The notes beneath the pieces are model-generated. The model was not told where the DNA came from. It saw nothing but the letters and a program-made list of their open reading frames with translations, and did not search any database. The translations under genes were made by a program, and so were the position numbers. Shown one piece after another: positions 35,509-44,622 of a DNA stretch of 64,000 nucleotides; position 1 is the stretch's first letter; every line of letters starts with the position of its first letter. The DNA comes from an uncultured Clostridia bacterium (lineage in GTDB: Bacteria > Bacillota > Clostridia > Oscillospirales > Oscillospiraceae). Where the stretch lies: contig CAMWFH010000004.1 in assembly GCA_947173485.1 (NCBI GenBank), positions 49,767 through 113,766 on the forward strand, read 5' to 3'.

Positions 35509-36729
35509 TCAGTCTATCTCATAGAGCCATACGTCCACCGTCTCCCCGGCGGTGCAGCCCTCCCGGTCCCGGGGGATGCAGAAGCACCCGTCGGAGCCGG
35601 CCAGGGTGGTGATGAGGCCGGACTTGCCCCGGATGGGGCGGGCATAGAGAGCCCCCGCCCGGTCCTCCAGAAAGACGCCCATATACTGGGCCCGGCCGTG
35701 GTTGGCGCTGACGGCCTCGGTGAGGACCGCGGGGACCGTCCGCTGCCGGAGGACGCGGCCCTGCATCCTGGCCAGCAGGGGGCGGACCAGGAGACGGGCC
35801 ACGAAGAACGCCGCCACCGGGTGCCCCGGCAGGCCCAGCACCGGCTTGCCCCTGGCGCTGCCCAAGATGGTGGGCTTGCCGGGCTTCATGGCGATGCCGT
35901 GGAACAGGACCTCCCCCCGGCTCCCGATGACCCGGCAGGCGGCGTCCTTCATCCCCACGGAGCTGCCCCCGGAGAGGAGGACCAGGTCGCACCGGCCCAG
36001 GGCCTCGTCCAGGGTCCGGCCCAGAAGGGCCTCATCGTCCTGGAGGATGCCGAAGTGGACCGCCTCCGCCCCCGCCTCCGCCGCCAGGGCCTGGAGCAGG
36101 GGGGCGTTCACGTCCCGGACCTGGCCCGCCTCCGGCACAGCCTCCACCGGCACCAGTTCGTCCCCGGTGGAGAGGATGCCCACCACCGGCCGCCGGCAGA
36201 CGGAGACCTGGGACGCCCCCAGGGCCGCCAGGGCCCCGATATCCGGGACCGCCAGCCGCCGGCCGGCGGGGAGGACGGTCTGTCCGGGCCGGACATCATC
36301 CCCCTTGAAGATCAGGTCGGCCCCAGGGGCAGCGCTCTTGGCGATGCCGATAGTGCCGTCGCCGTAGTCCTCGGTGTATTCGATCATCACCGCCGCGTCG
36401 GCTCCCGGCGGGATGGCCCCGCCGGTGGGCACCGCCACGCAGGCCCCCGGCGCCAGGGCCCCACCGGCTCCCTGGCCCATCAGCACCTCCCCCTGGAGGG
36501 CGAGGATGGCGGGGATGGCATCGGAGCAGCCGAAGGTGTCGGCGGAGCGGACGGCGTAGCCGTCCACGGTGGACCGGTCGAATCCGGGGACATACTCCGC
36601 GGCAACGACCGGGGCATAGAGGACCCGGCCCAGGGCCTGGTCCAGGGGGACGCTCTCCGGCTGGGGGCAGGGCAGGAACGCCGCCTCCAGGGCGGCCAGG
36701 GCCTCCGCCGGGGTCTTGACGGTCAGCAT
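35509..36729 (-). CDS. moeA: Molybdopterin molybdo/tungsto-transferase MoeA
   Basis: The ATG at 36729 follows AGGAGA. Motifs STVDGYAV, STGDEL, LSGGSSVGMKD and MKPGKP. Confidence 0.9.
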   Translation of the reverse strand: MLTVKTPAEALAALEAAFLPCPQPESVPLDQALGRVLYAPVVAAEYVPGFDRSTVDGYAVRSADTFGCSDAIPAILALQGEVLMGQGAGGALAPGACVAVPTGGAIPPGADAAVMIEYTEDYGDGTIGIAKSAAPGADLIFKGDDVRPGQTVLPAGRRLAVPDIGALAALGASQVSVCRRPVVGILSTGDELVPVEAVPEAGQVRDVNAPLLQALAAEAGAEAVHFGILQDDEALLGRTLDEALGRCDLVLLSGGSSVGMKDAACRVIGSRGEVLFHGIAMKPGKPTILGSARGKPVLGLPGHPVAAFFVARLLVRPLLARMQGRVLRQRTVPAVLTEAVSANHGRAQYMGVFLEDRAGALYARPIRGKSGLITTLAGSDGCFCIPRDREGCTAGETVDVWLYEID

Positions 36730-36798
36730 AGGCACTCTCCTAACAACATCAACAACATAACGCGAACAGCAGCGCGCAAAAGAAGGGCAGATCCGGTC

Positions 36799-36827
36799 TT
36801 GCGTCCGGGACCGGCAGGGGCTATACT
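36799..36827 (+). promoter_or_regulatory. sigmaA-type promoter for the thiF/moeB-like gene
   Basis: TTGCGT, 17 nt, TATACT. Confidence 0.5.
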
Positions 36828-36857
36828 GGTGAAAAACGCGGGAAGGGGGCTCTTTTT

Positions 36858-37532
36858 ATGGAGGAGCGGTATATACGGAACATCCCCGCCATCTCGGCGG
36901 AGGAACAGGCCGCCCTGGCCCAAAAGCGGGTGCTGGTGGCGGGCTGCGGCGGACTGGGGGGCTATCTCATCGAGTATCTGGCCCGGCTGGGCGTGGGGGC
37001 GATCGACGCGGTGGACGGGGACGTGTTCGAGCCGTCCAACCTGAACCGGCAGCTGCTGTCCACGCCGGCCCTGGTAGGGACGGGCAAGGCCGAGGCCGCC
37101 AGGGCCCGGGTGGAGGCGGTGGCCCCTGGCGTGCGCCTGCGGGCCATACCGGTCTTTTTAGACGGGGAGAACGCCAGCGGGCTGGTCCAGGGCCAGGACC
37201 TGGCGCTGGACGCCCTGGACAACGTGCCCGCCCGGCTCCTCCTGGAGGACGCCTGCGCCCAGGCGGGGGTGTCCATCGTCCACGGGGCCATCCGGGGGTG
37301 GTCCGCCCAGGTGGCGGTGGTCCCGCCGGGGAGCGGACGGCTCCGCCGGCTCTACGGCAGCGGCGGCGGGGCCCCGATCGACAGGACCAGCCTGCCCTTC
37401 ACGCCCCCCTTCTGCGCCGCCATCCAGGCCGCCGAGGCGGTGAAGCTCCTGCTGGGCCGGCCCTCCTCCCTGGAAGGCCAGCTGCTGCTGGCGGACCTGC
37501 GGCGGATGGACTGGGACCTCCTGCCCCTCTGA
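36858..37532 (+). CDS. ThiF/MoeB/HesA-family adenylyltransferase (E1-like)
   Basis: VLVAGCGGLGGYLIEYLARLG dinucleotide fold and DGDVFEPSNLNRQ. It lacks a rhodanese domain. Confidence 0.85.
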   Translation: MEERYIRNIPAISAEEQAALAQKRVLVAGCGGLGGYLIEYLARLGVGAIDAVDGDVFEPSNLNRQLLSTPALVGTGKAEAARARVEAVAPGVRLRAIPVFLDGENASGLVQGQDLALDALDNVPARLLLEDACAQAGVSIVHGAIRGWSAQVAVVPPGSGRLRRLYGSGGGAPIDRTSLPFTPPFCAAIQAAEAVKLLLGRPSSLEGQLLLADLRRMDWDLLPL

Positions 37533-37533
37533 C

Positions 37534-38421
37534 CTAGCCGCCCCGGGGCAGCCGGAAGTAGTCCATGGCGAAGTCCCGGAAGTCCCTGGCCAGGGCGGAC
37601 AGGTGCTTCTCCCGGCGGAAGCAGACCATCATCTGCCGGGTGAACCGGCGGTCCTGGATGGGGATGAGCCGGAGGGAGGTGTCGTCCCGGTAGAAGGCCG
37701 CGCCGCTCTCCGGCACGAACCCGGCGCAGACCCCGGAGGCGATCATCTGCCGGTGGAGCTCCCGGGAGTCCACATAGCACTGGGGCCCGAACTGGACCGC
37801 CAGGGCCGAGCAGACCCGGAAGGGATGCTCCACGAAGCTCCGTCCCTCCCGGAGGAACACCAGCTCCAGCCCGTCCAGCGCCTTGGGCCGGATGGCGGCG
37901 CTGGCGGCCAGGGGGTGGCGGCTGGACACCGCCAGGAAGCACCGGTCCTCATAGAGGGGGAAACCGGTGAACTTCTCATACCGGCCCCCGGCGGGATAGA
38001 TCAGCATATCGAAGTCGTTGATATCCAGATGCTCCAGGCACTCGATGCCGCTGTTCAGGTCGAAGGCCGCCTCCGGCCGGACCTGGTGGAAGGCGGCGAC
38101 GCACCCGGCCAGGGGGCCGCTGGCCCCGGCGGCGCCGATCTTGATCCGGCTGTCCGCCCCGGTGGCCAGCAGGCGCATATCGTCCAGGGCGTACTCCAGC
38201 TCCCGGAGGACCAGGCTGCTGTACTCCAGGAGCCGGGCCCCGGCGGCGTTGAGGACCAGCCTCTTGCCGGACCGGTCGAAGAGGGGCATCCCCACCTCCG
38301 CCTCCAGCCGGGCCAGGTTCTTGGACAGGGAGGGCTGGGACAGGTGCAGGAGCTCCGCCGCCTGGGACACATTTTCCAGCTGGGCGATGGTAGCGAAATA
38401 GCGTAGCTGGTCGAGCTGCAC
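37534..38421 (-). CDS. LysR-family transcriptional regulator
   Basis: MQLDQLRYFATIAQLENVSQAAELLHLSQPSLSKNLARLE HTH. Divergent from the AOR operon. Confidence 0.9.
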   Translation of the reverse strand: MQLDQLRYFATIAQLENVSQAAELLHLSQPSLSKNLARLEAEVGMPLFDRSGKRLVLNAAGARLLEYSSLVLRELEYALDDMRLLATGADSRIKIGAAGASGPLAGCVAAFHQVRPEAAFDLNSGIECLEHLDINDFDMLIYPAGGRYEKFTGFPLYEDRCFLAVSSRHPLAASAAIRPKALDGLELVFLREGRSFVEHPFRVCSALAVQFGPQCYVDSRELHRQMIASGVCAGFVPESGAAFYRDDTSLRLIPIQDRRFTRQMMVCFRREKHLSALARDFRDFAMDYFRLPRGG

Positions 38422-38562
38422 GGCGGTCCCCCCTTTTTGGATGTATGCCCGTTCGCCATAAGTCTATTTGGCTGTTCCCACAGATCTCCGCCGGAAATAT
38501 AGGAGAGATGCACAGTTTTCCCGGAAAGATATCCGTCGAAATTCGTAAGGATCGCCGTCATT

Positions 38563-38576
38563 ATAGACCGGTCCAT
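38563..38576. promoter_or_regulatory. Dyad ATAGACCGGTCCAT in the lysR/AOR intergenic region, a candidate LysR-type site
   Basis: Self-complementary at 12/14 positions. It lies ~35 bp upstream of the -35 of the AOR promoter. Confidence 0.35.
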
Positions 38577-38610
38577 GCCAAAAAGCAATAAGAAATTTTG
38601 GTCACTTCCT

Positions 38611-38639
38611 TTACAGCCCCCCACCGGGAGCCCTATAAT
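38611..38639 (+). promoter_or_regulatory. sigmaA-type promoter for the AOR operon
   Basis: TTACAG, 17 nt, TATAAT. Confidence 0.5.
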
Positions 38640-38709
38640 GGAGCCATCCGAAAGAAACATTTTTGGAAGAAGGAGGTGGCTCTTGGGCTCCGGCCCAAGG
38701 AACGATGTT

Positions 38710-39186
38710 ATGAAACAACTGCTCATCAAACCTGAGAAATGTATCGGCTGCCGCACCTGCGAGCTGGTCTGCTCCTTCGGACACTATGGTCAGTTCAACC
38801 CGAAGCTGGCCAATGTGAAGGTGTTCGAGTATGAACAGGCCGCGGTGGCCATCCCCATCATGTGCCTCCAGTGCGAGGATCCCGCCTGCCTGAAGGTCTG
38901 CCCCGTCCACGCCATCAGCCGGGATGAGAACGGTGCGGTCACCATGAACTACGACAAGTGCATCGGCTGCAAGATGTGCCTCAACGCCTGCCCCCTGGGC
39001 AACATCTCCTACCACCCCGCCGCCAAGCGGGTCTTCAAGTGCGACCTCTGCGGCGGCGAGCCCAAGTGCGCCCGGTACTGCCCCGGCGGCGCCATCGCCT
39101 TCGTGGAGACGGACACCACCGACGAGCGGCGGCGGGCCCTCAGCGACCGCTATAAGGACCTGATCGGAGAGGAGGAGAAGGCATGA
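38710..39186 (+). CDS. 4Fe-4S polyferredoxin-type electron-transfer subunit (AorA/DmsB-like)
   Basis: MKQLLIKPEKCIGCRTCELVC..., with four Cys clusters. An in-frame TTG at 38683 has a stronger Shine-Dalgarno (AAGGAGG) and is an alternative start. The stop overlaps the AOR start. Confidence 0.85.
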   Translation: MKQLLIKPEKCIGCRTCELVCSFGHYGQFNPKLANVKVFEYEQAAVAIPIMCLQCEDPACLKVCPVHAISRDENGAVTMNYDKCIGCKMCLNACPLGNISYHPAAKRVFKCDLCGGEPKCARYCPGGAIAFVETDTTDERRRALSDRYKDLIGEEEKA

Positions 39187-40985
39187 AGAACGGATACATC
39201 GGCACGATCCTGCGTATCGACCTGAAGACCGGCTCCATCCGTACCGAGCCGCTGAATGAGAAGAGCGCCAACGAGTATGTGGGCGCCCGGGGACTGGGCA
39301 CCAAGTACTACTGCGACGAGTGCGACCCCAAGTGCGACCCCCTGGGCCCGGACAACAAGCTCATCTTTATGACCGGCCCCCTCACCGGCACCTGCGCCAC
39401 CTCCTCCGGCCGGTACAACGCCGTGGCCAAGTCCCCCCTGACGGGCACCATCGGCGCGGCCAACTCCGGCGGCCACTTCGGCCCGGAGCTGAAGTACGCC
39501 GGGTATGACGGCATCATCTTCGAGGGCGCGTCCGACCACCCGGTCTACCTCTACATCAGTGACGATAAGGTGGAGCTGCGGGACGCCTCCCACCTCTGGG
39601 GCAAGGACGTGTTCGAGACCACCGAGGCCCTCTACGCCGAGTGCGGCGAGGACTTCCGGGTGGCCTGCATCTCCGCCGCCGGGGAGACCGGCTGTCTCTT
39701 CGCCGGCATCATGAACGACAAGCACCGGGCGGCGGGCCGGGGCGGCATGGGCGCGGTCATGGGCAGCAAAAAGCTGAAGGCCGTGGCCGTGAAGGGCACC
39801 GGCAGCGTGTTCGTGGCCCGTCCTGAGAAGTTCTTCGAGGAGTGCACCAAGGCCCGGGACACCCTGAAGGCCCACCCGGTCACCGGGGCCGGCCTCTCGG
39901 CCTACGGCACCATGATCCTGGTGAACATCGTCAACGGCGTAGGCGGCCTGCCGGTGAACAATGGCCGGGACGGCTCCCTCTTCCCCCAGGCCGACGACAT
40001 CTCCGGCGAGAGCCTCACCGCCCGTCACCTCATCCGCAACAAGGGATGTTTCGGCTGCTCCATCGGCTGCGGCCGGCTCACGGAGATCAAGTCCGGGGCC
40101 TTCAAGTCCAAGGGCGAGGGCCCGGAGTATGAGGCCGGCTGGTCCTTCGGCGCCGACTGCGGCGTCACCGACCTGGGCGCCGTGTGCAACGCCAACTTCC
40201 TCTGCAACCAGTACGGCATCGACCCCATCACCATGGGGGCCACTGTGGCCTGCGCCATGGAGCTCTTCGAGATGGGGGCCATCACCGAGGCCGAGGTAGG
40301 CTTCCCCCTCCGGTTCGGCGATGCCGCCGCCATGGTCAAGGCCACCGAGATCACCTGCAAGGGCGAGGGCTTCGGCAAGATCATGGGCCTGGGCTCCTAC
40401 CGGATGGCCGAGAAGTATGGCCACCCCGAGCTCTCCATGTCCGTGAAGAAGCAGGAGATGCCCGCCTACGATGGCCGGGCCATCCAGGGCATCGGCCTAG
40501 AGTACGCCACCTCCAACCGGGGCGGCTGCCACGTCCGGGGCTATATGATCTCCCCGGAGGTCCTGGGCATCCCCATGGCCATGGATCCCCTGGTCACCAA
40601 GGATAAGCCCGCCACCCTGAAGCTCTTCCAGGACCTGACCGCCCTTTGCGATGCCACGGGCATCTGCCTCTTCACCACCTTCGGCATCGGTCTCCCAGAG
40701 ATCGCCGGGATGTACCGGGAGGCCGTGGGCAGTGACGAGAGCGACGCGGACATCCTGCTGAAGGGCGAGCGGATCTGGAACCTGGAGAAGCAGTTCAACA
40801 TCGCCGCCGGCGTGGAGAAGGACACCCTGCCCCCCCGGCTCCTCCGGGAGAAGCTGCCGGAGGGCCCTGCCGCCGGCAAGGTCAACGAGCTCCACGAGAT
40901 GCTCAAGGAGTACTACGCGGCCCGGGGCTGGACCGAGGAGGGCATCCCCACGGCGGAGAAGCTCCAGGAGCTGCATCTGAGCTGA
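39183..40985 (+). CDS. aor: Tungsten-dependent aldehyde:ferredoxin oxidoreductase family protein
   Basis: 600 aa with an AOR_N + AOR_C layout: GARGLG, SGRYNAVAKSPLTG, AAGRGGMGAVMGSKKLKA, CFGCSIGCG (the [4Fe-4S] ligands), and EYATSNRGGCH. Confidence 0.95.
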   Translation: MKNGYIGTILRIDLKTGSIRTEPLNEKSANEYVGARGLGTKYYCDECDPKCDPLGPDNKLIFMTGPLTGTCATSSGRYNAVAKSPLTGTIGAANSGGHFGPELKYAGYDGIIFEGASDHPVYLYISDDKVELRDASHLWGKDVFETTEALYAECGEDFRVACISAAGETGCLFAGIMNDKHRAAGRGGMGAVMGSKKLKAVAVKGTGSVFVARPEKFFEECTKARDTLKAHPVTGAGLSAYGTMILVNIVNGVGGLPVNNGRDGSLFPQADDISGESLTARHLIRNKGCFGCSIGCGRLTEIKSGAFKSKGEGPEYEAGWSFGADCGVTDLGAVCNANFLCNQYGIDPITMGATVACAMELFEMGAITEAEVGFPLRFGDAAAMVKATEITCKGEGFGKIMGLGSYRMAEKYGHPELSMSVKKQEMPAYDGRAIQGIGLEYATSNRGGCHVRGYMISPEVLGIPMAMDPLVTKDKPATLKLFQDLTALCDATGICLFTTFGIGLPEIAGMYREAVGSDESDADILLKGERIWNLEKQFNIAAGVEKDTLPPRLLREKLPEGPAAGKVNELHEMLKEYYAARGWTEEGIPTAEKLQELHLS

Positions 40986-41003
40986 CCCATTTCGATACCG
41001 GGA

Positions 41004-41036
41004 CCGGAAGCGGTGAAACAGCCGCTTCCGGTTTTG
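41004..41036 (+). terminator. Intrinsic terminator/attenuator between aor and moaD
   Basis: 10-bp perfect stem ccggaagcgg / ccgcttccgg followed by tttt. Confidence 0.65.
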
Positions 41037-41057
41037 GTGCGTTACACAGGAGGCCCT

Positions 41058-41339
41058 ATGACGGTCCAGTTTTTTGCCTATCTCCGGGACCCGGAGTTCG
41101 TCGGCTGCAAGGCCGTCTCCTGGCCCTGCACGCCCACCCTGCAGGACCTGGGCGAGGCGCTGTGCGCGGCCTACGGGGACCGGTTCCGGGGCGAGTTCTT
41201 CTCCCCCGACGGCACGGCCCTGGGGGAGCGAGTGATCGTGATGGTCAACGGCCGCCGGCTGGAGTTCCTGGACGGCCTGGACACGGTCCTACAGGACACG
41301 GACACCATCCTGATCTTCCCGGTGGTCGCCGGCGGCTGA
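41058..41339 (+). CDS. moaD: MoaD/ThiS-family sulfur carrier (C-terminal GG)
   Basis: The ATG at 41058 follows AGGAGG. 93 aa ending ...IFPVVAGG. Confidence 0.75.
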   Translation: MTVQFFAYLRDPEFVGCKAVSWPCTPTLQDLGEALCAAYGDRFRGEFFSPDGTALGERVIVMVNGRRLEFLDGLDTVLQDTDTILIFPVVAGG

Positions 41340-41377
41340 CACCGGTCATTCTAAAACCATAAGGCGGTGATATTTTT

Positions 41378-41851
41378 ATGGAGATCGTTTCCTTGGAGAT
41401 CCTAGAGATCTTACAGCGATACCCCAAGGAGCAGCGGTACTGCTTGGCCATCTTACAGGACTTACAGCGCCGGTACAACTACATCCCCCGGGAGGGCATG
41501 GAGGCCCTGGCGGACTACCTGTCCTGCCCCCTCTCCTCCCTCTACTCCATGGCCACCTTCTACAAGGCTCTGAGCCTCAAGCCCAAGGGGCGGCACATCA
41601 TCAAGCTCTGTGACGGCACGGCCTGCCACATCCGGGGGGCCAATACCCTCTGTGACGGGATCGTCCGGCTCCTGGGCATCGGCCCGGACGAGACCACCCC
41701 CGATGGGCTGTTCTCCCTGGAGCTGGTGAACTGCCTGGGCTCCTGCGCCCTGGCCCCGGTGATGGTGGTGGACGAGACCTACTACGGCAAGATGACCATG
41801 GAGAAGCTGCCGGGCATCCTGGACAGCTATCGAGAGGAGGCTGCCACATGA
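41378..41851 (+). CDS. NuoE/HydC-like [2Fe-2S] thioredoxin-fold subunit
   Basis: CDGTACHIRG ... CLGSCALAP Cys pattern. Confidence 0.9.
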   Translation: MEIVSLEILEILQRYPKEQRYCLAILQDLQRRYNYIPREGMEALADYLSCPLSSLYSMATFYKALSLKPKGRHIIKLCDGTACHIRGANTLCDGIVRLLGIGPDETTPDGLFSLELVNCLGSCALAPVMVVDETYYGKMTMEKLPGILDSYREEAAT

Positions 41852-43638
41852 GGACCATTCGTGTCTGCTGCGGCACCGGGTGCCTGGCCAACGGCAGCGC
41901 CCAGGTGGCGGCGGAATTCGAGCGGCTGACCCAGGGGACGCAGGTGCAGGTGGAGTGCCACGTCAAGCGCACCGGCTGCAACGGCTTCTGCGAGAACGGG
42001 CCCCTGGTGACCATCCTGCCGGACGAGATCGCCTACTACCGGGTGAAGGTGGCCGATGTGCCGGAGATCCTGGAGCGGACCATCCAAAAGGGGGAGCTGG
42101 TGGAGCGGCTGCTCTACAAGAACGATGCGGGCCAGCGGGTCCGGGGCCAGAGCGACAACCCCTTCTACGCCCCCCAGATGAAGATCGCCCTGCGGAACAT
42201 CGGCAAGATCGAGCCGGCCAACGTGGACGACTACCTGGCCTCCGGGGGCTATGAGGCTCTGAAAAAGGCCCTCACCATGACGCCGGAGCAGATCCTGGAC
42301 GAGATGGACGCCTCCGGCCTCCGGGGCCGGGGGGGCGCCGGCTTCCCCACGGGCCGCAAGTGGCGGACGGCGGCGGGGTACGATGTCACCCCCAAGTATG
42401 TGGCCTGCAACGGCGACGAGGGGGACCCTGGGGCCTTTATGGACCGGTCCATCCTGGAGGGGGACCCACACAGCGTCCTGGAGGGCATGGCCATCTGCGC
42501 CCTGGCCATCGGAACCGAGGAGGGCTTCCTCTACATCCGTGACGAGTACGCCCTGGCGGTGCAGAACGTGCGCGCTGCCATCGCCGCCGCCGAGGCCCGG
42601 GGCATCCTGGGGGATGACGTGCTGGGCAGCGGCAAAAAGCTCCTTCTCTCCGTGGTCCGGGGAGGCGGGGCCTTCGTCTGCGGCGAGTCTACCGCCCTCA
42701 TGGCCTCCATCGAAGGCCGGGTGGGCGAGCCAAGGGCCAAGTATATCCGCTCGGTCCAGCGGGGCCTCTGGGACCGGCCCACGGTGCTGAACAACGTGGA
42801 GACTTTGGCCAACGTGCCCTACATCATCGCCCACGGCGGGGCCCACTATGCCAGCGTGGGCACCGAGGGCAGCAAGGGCACCAAGGTCTTCGCCCTGGTG
42901 GGCAAGGTGAAGCGGACGGGCCTGGTGGAGGTGCCCATGGGGGCCACCCTGCGGCATTTGATCTACGACATCGGCGGCGGCGTCCAGGGGGACCGGCCCT
43001 TCAAGGCCGTCCAGACCGGCGGGCCCTCCGGCGGGTGCATCCCGGAGAGTATGCTGGACCTGCCGGTGGACTTCGACACTTTGAAGCAGTACGGAGCCAT
43101 GATGGGCTCCGGCGGCATGATCGTGATGGACGACCGCAGCTGCATGGTGGAGGTGGCCCGGTACTATGTCAACTTCCTCTGCGGCGAGAGCTGCGGCAAG
43201 TGTACCCCCTGCCGGGAGGGTCTGAAGCAGATGCTGGCCATCCTGACGGACATCTGCGAGGGCCGGGGGACCCTGGAGGACTTGGACCTGCTGGAGCAGC
43301 TGGGGGAGACCATGCAGGACTGCTCCCTCTGCGCCCTGGGCAAGTCGGCCCCCAACCCGGTGCTGACCACGTTAAAATATTTCCGGGAGGAGTACGAGGC
43401 CCATATCAAGGAACACCGCTGTCCCGCCGGGGTCTGCAAGGCGCTGACCGCCTTCGCCATCGACCCGGCGGCCTGCAAGGGCTGCACCGCCTGCGCCCGG
43501 GCCTGCCCCGCCGGGGCCATCACCGGCACGGCCAAGCAGCCCCACACCATCGACCGCGCCAAGTGCATCGCCTGCGGCAGCTGCCGGGAGGCCTGCCGGT
43601 TCGGCGCTGTGCGCACCAAGGGGAGGGACGACACATGA
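41848..43638 (+). CDS. NuoF/HydB-like FMN/NAD(H)-binding FeS subunit
   Basis: N-terminal [2Fe-2S] fold (CCGTGCLANG), GRGGAGFPTG, CNGDEGDPGAF, ESCGKCTPCREG, and a C-terminal 2x[4Fe-4S] ferredoxin domain. Confidence 0.9.
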   Translation: MRTIRVCCGTGCLANGSAQVAAEFERLTQGTQVQVECHVKRTGCNGFCENGPLVTILPDEIAYYRVKVADVPEILERTIQKGELVERLLYKNDAGQRVRGQSDNPFYAPQMKIALRNIGKIEPANVDDYLASGGYEALKKALTMTPEQILDEMDASGLRGRGGAGFPTGRKWRTAAGYDVTPKYVACNGDEGDPGAFMDRSILEGDPHSVLEGMAICALAIGTEEGFLYIRDEYALAVQNVRAAIAAAEARGILGDDVLGSGKKLLLSVVRGGGAFVCGESTALMASIEGRVGEPRAKYIRSVQRGLWDRPTVLNNVETLANVPYIIAHGGAHYASVGTEGSKGTKVFALVGKVKRTGLVEVPMGATLRHLIYDIGGGVQGDRPFKAVQTGGPSGGCIPESMLDLPVDFDTLKQYGAMMGSGGMIVMDDRSCMVEVARYYVNFLCGESCGKCTPCREGLKQMLAILTDICEGRGTLEDLDLLEQLGETMQDCSLCALGKSAPNPVLTTLKYFREEYEAHIKEHRCPAGVCKALTAFAIDPAACKGCTACARACPAGAITGTAKQPHTIDRAKCIACGSCREACRFGAVRTKGRDDT

Positions 43639-44375
43639 CCATCACCATCAACGGCAAGCCCTGCGCCTGCGAGCGGGGCGAGTTCCTGCTCCAGGTGGCC
43701 CGGCGCAACGGCTTCGAGATCCCCACCCTCTGCCACCACGAGGCCATCGCCGGCCAGGGCTGCTGCCGGCTCTGCATCGCGGAGGTGGTGGAACGGGGGA
43801 AAGGGCGCATCGTGGTCTCCTGCGTGTTCCCCGTGGAGCGGGAGTGCGAGGTCTATACCGACAGCGACAAGGTCCGCCGGGAGCGGGGCATGGTGCTGCG
43901 CCTTCTGGAGAAGCGGGCCCCGGAGAGCCCCGAGATCCAGGCTCTGAGCCAGAAGTACGCCGCTCCGGCGATCGACCGGTTCGTGAAGGTGGACGGGGGG
44001 AAGTGCGTCCTCTGCGGATTGTGCGTGAAGGCCTGCGGGGAGCTCTCCGTGGGGGCCATCTCCACGGTGAGCCGGGGGGTGACCAAGGAGATCGCCACCC
44101 CCTACCATGAGCCCAGCAGCGTCTGTGTGGGCTGCGGCAGCTGCGCCCACGTCTGCCCCACTGGGGCCATCGAGATCCAGGAGACGGAGGACAGCCGGAC
44201 CATCTGGGGCCGGACCTTCCGGTTGGTCCGCTGCGCCCAGTGCGGACAGGTCCTCGGCACGGCGGAGGAGCTGGCCCATGCCGCCCAAAAGTCCGGCCAG
44301 GACCCGGAGGCCCTCTGCCCCGCCTGCCGCCAGCGGCAGATGGCAGACGTGTTCTCCCAGACCTACGGCGGATAA
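43635..44375 (+). CDS. NuoG-N-terminal/HydA-N-terminal-like FeS protein without any catalytic domain
   Basis: The ATG at 43635 follows GGGAGG. [2Fe-2S] motif (CHHEAIAGQGCCRLC), His-ligated/4Fe-4S motifs (CVLCGLCVKAC, CVGCGSCAHVCP) and a terminal Cys4 ribbon (CAQCG...CPAC). Only 246 aa. Confidence 0.8.
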   Translation: MTITINGKPCACERGEFLLQVARRNGFEIPTLCHHEAIAGQGCCRLCIAEVVERGKGRIVVSCVFPVERECEVYTDSDKVRRERGMVLRLLEKRAPESPEIQALSQKYAAPAIDRFVKVDGGKCVLCGLCVKACGELSVGAISTVSRGVTKEIATPYHEPSSVCVGCGSCAHVCPTGAIEIQETEDSRTIWGRTFRLVRCAQCGQVLGTAEELAHAAQKSGQDPEALCPACRQRQMADVFSQTYGG

Positions 44376-44382
44376 ACATACG

Positions 44383-44420
44383 CTCCCGGCGGATCCGGTC
44401 CTGTCCGTATCCGCCGGGAG
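44383..44420 (+). terminator. 12-bp perfect hairpin after the NuoG-like gene (no T-tract)
   Basis: ctcccggcggat ... atccgccgggag. Confidence 0.4.
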
Positions 44421-44447
44421 AAAAGCGTCGAAACATGGACTGCGGCC

Positions 44448-44476
44448 TTGCATTTCCCGCGGCATCGTGCTATACT
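44448..44476 (+). promoter_or_regulatory. sigmaA-type promoter for tupA
   Basis: TTGCAT, 17 nt, TATACT. Confidence 0.55.
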
Positions 44477-44482
44477 GGAACA

Positions 44483-44622
44483 AAGCCCCATTTTTGCTGC
44501 ATATCGTCTTGAAAAGCGGTGGACGAGCCTCTTTCCAAGCACCGGCCCACCGGGAGATCTCCCGGCTGGCTTTGCTTTGGATGGGGCTTGTTTACTTTTT
44601 TTGTATTTGGAGGAAAGAAGAA
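44483..44622 (+). promoter_or_regulatory. Structured ~140-nt 5' leader of tupA (candidate Moco/tungsten-cofactor riboswitch, unverified)
   Basis: Long-range pairing AAGCCCCA (44483-90) with TGGGGCTT (44582-89). Extended hairpin at 44535-44580. CTTTCC (44531-36) is complementary to the GGAAAG of the Shine-Dalgarno (44612-17). I only partly remember the Moco motif, so this is a guess. Confidence 0.3.

Noticed and set aside
38617-38700. Nested pairings CCGGGAGCC/GGGCTCCGG and GGAGCC/GGCTCT upstream of the AOR operon as a second Moco-type riboswitch.
   Set aside because: The outer 5' arm lies inside the spacer of the best promoter candidate (38611-38639), so it would not be transcribed. The remaining ~70-nt leader holds only one simple hairpin. 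This is left as an open possibility that an Rfam scan could settle.
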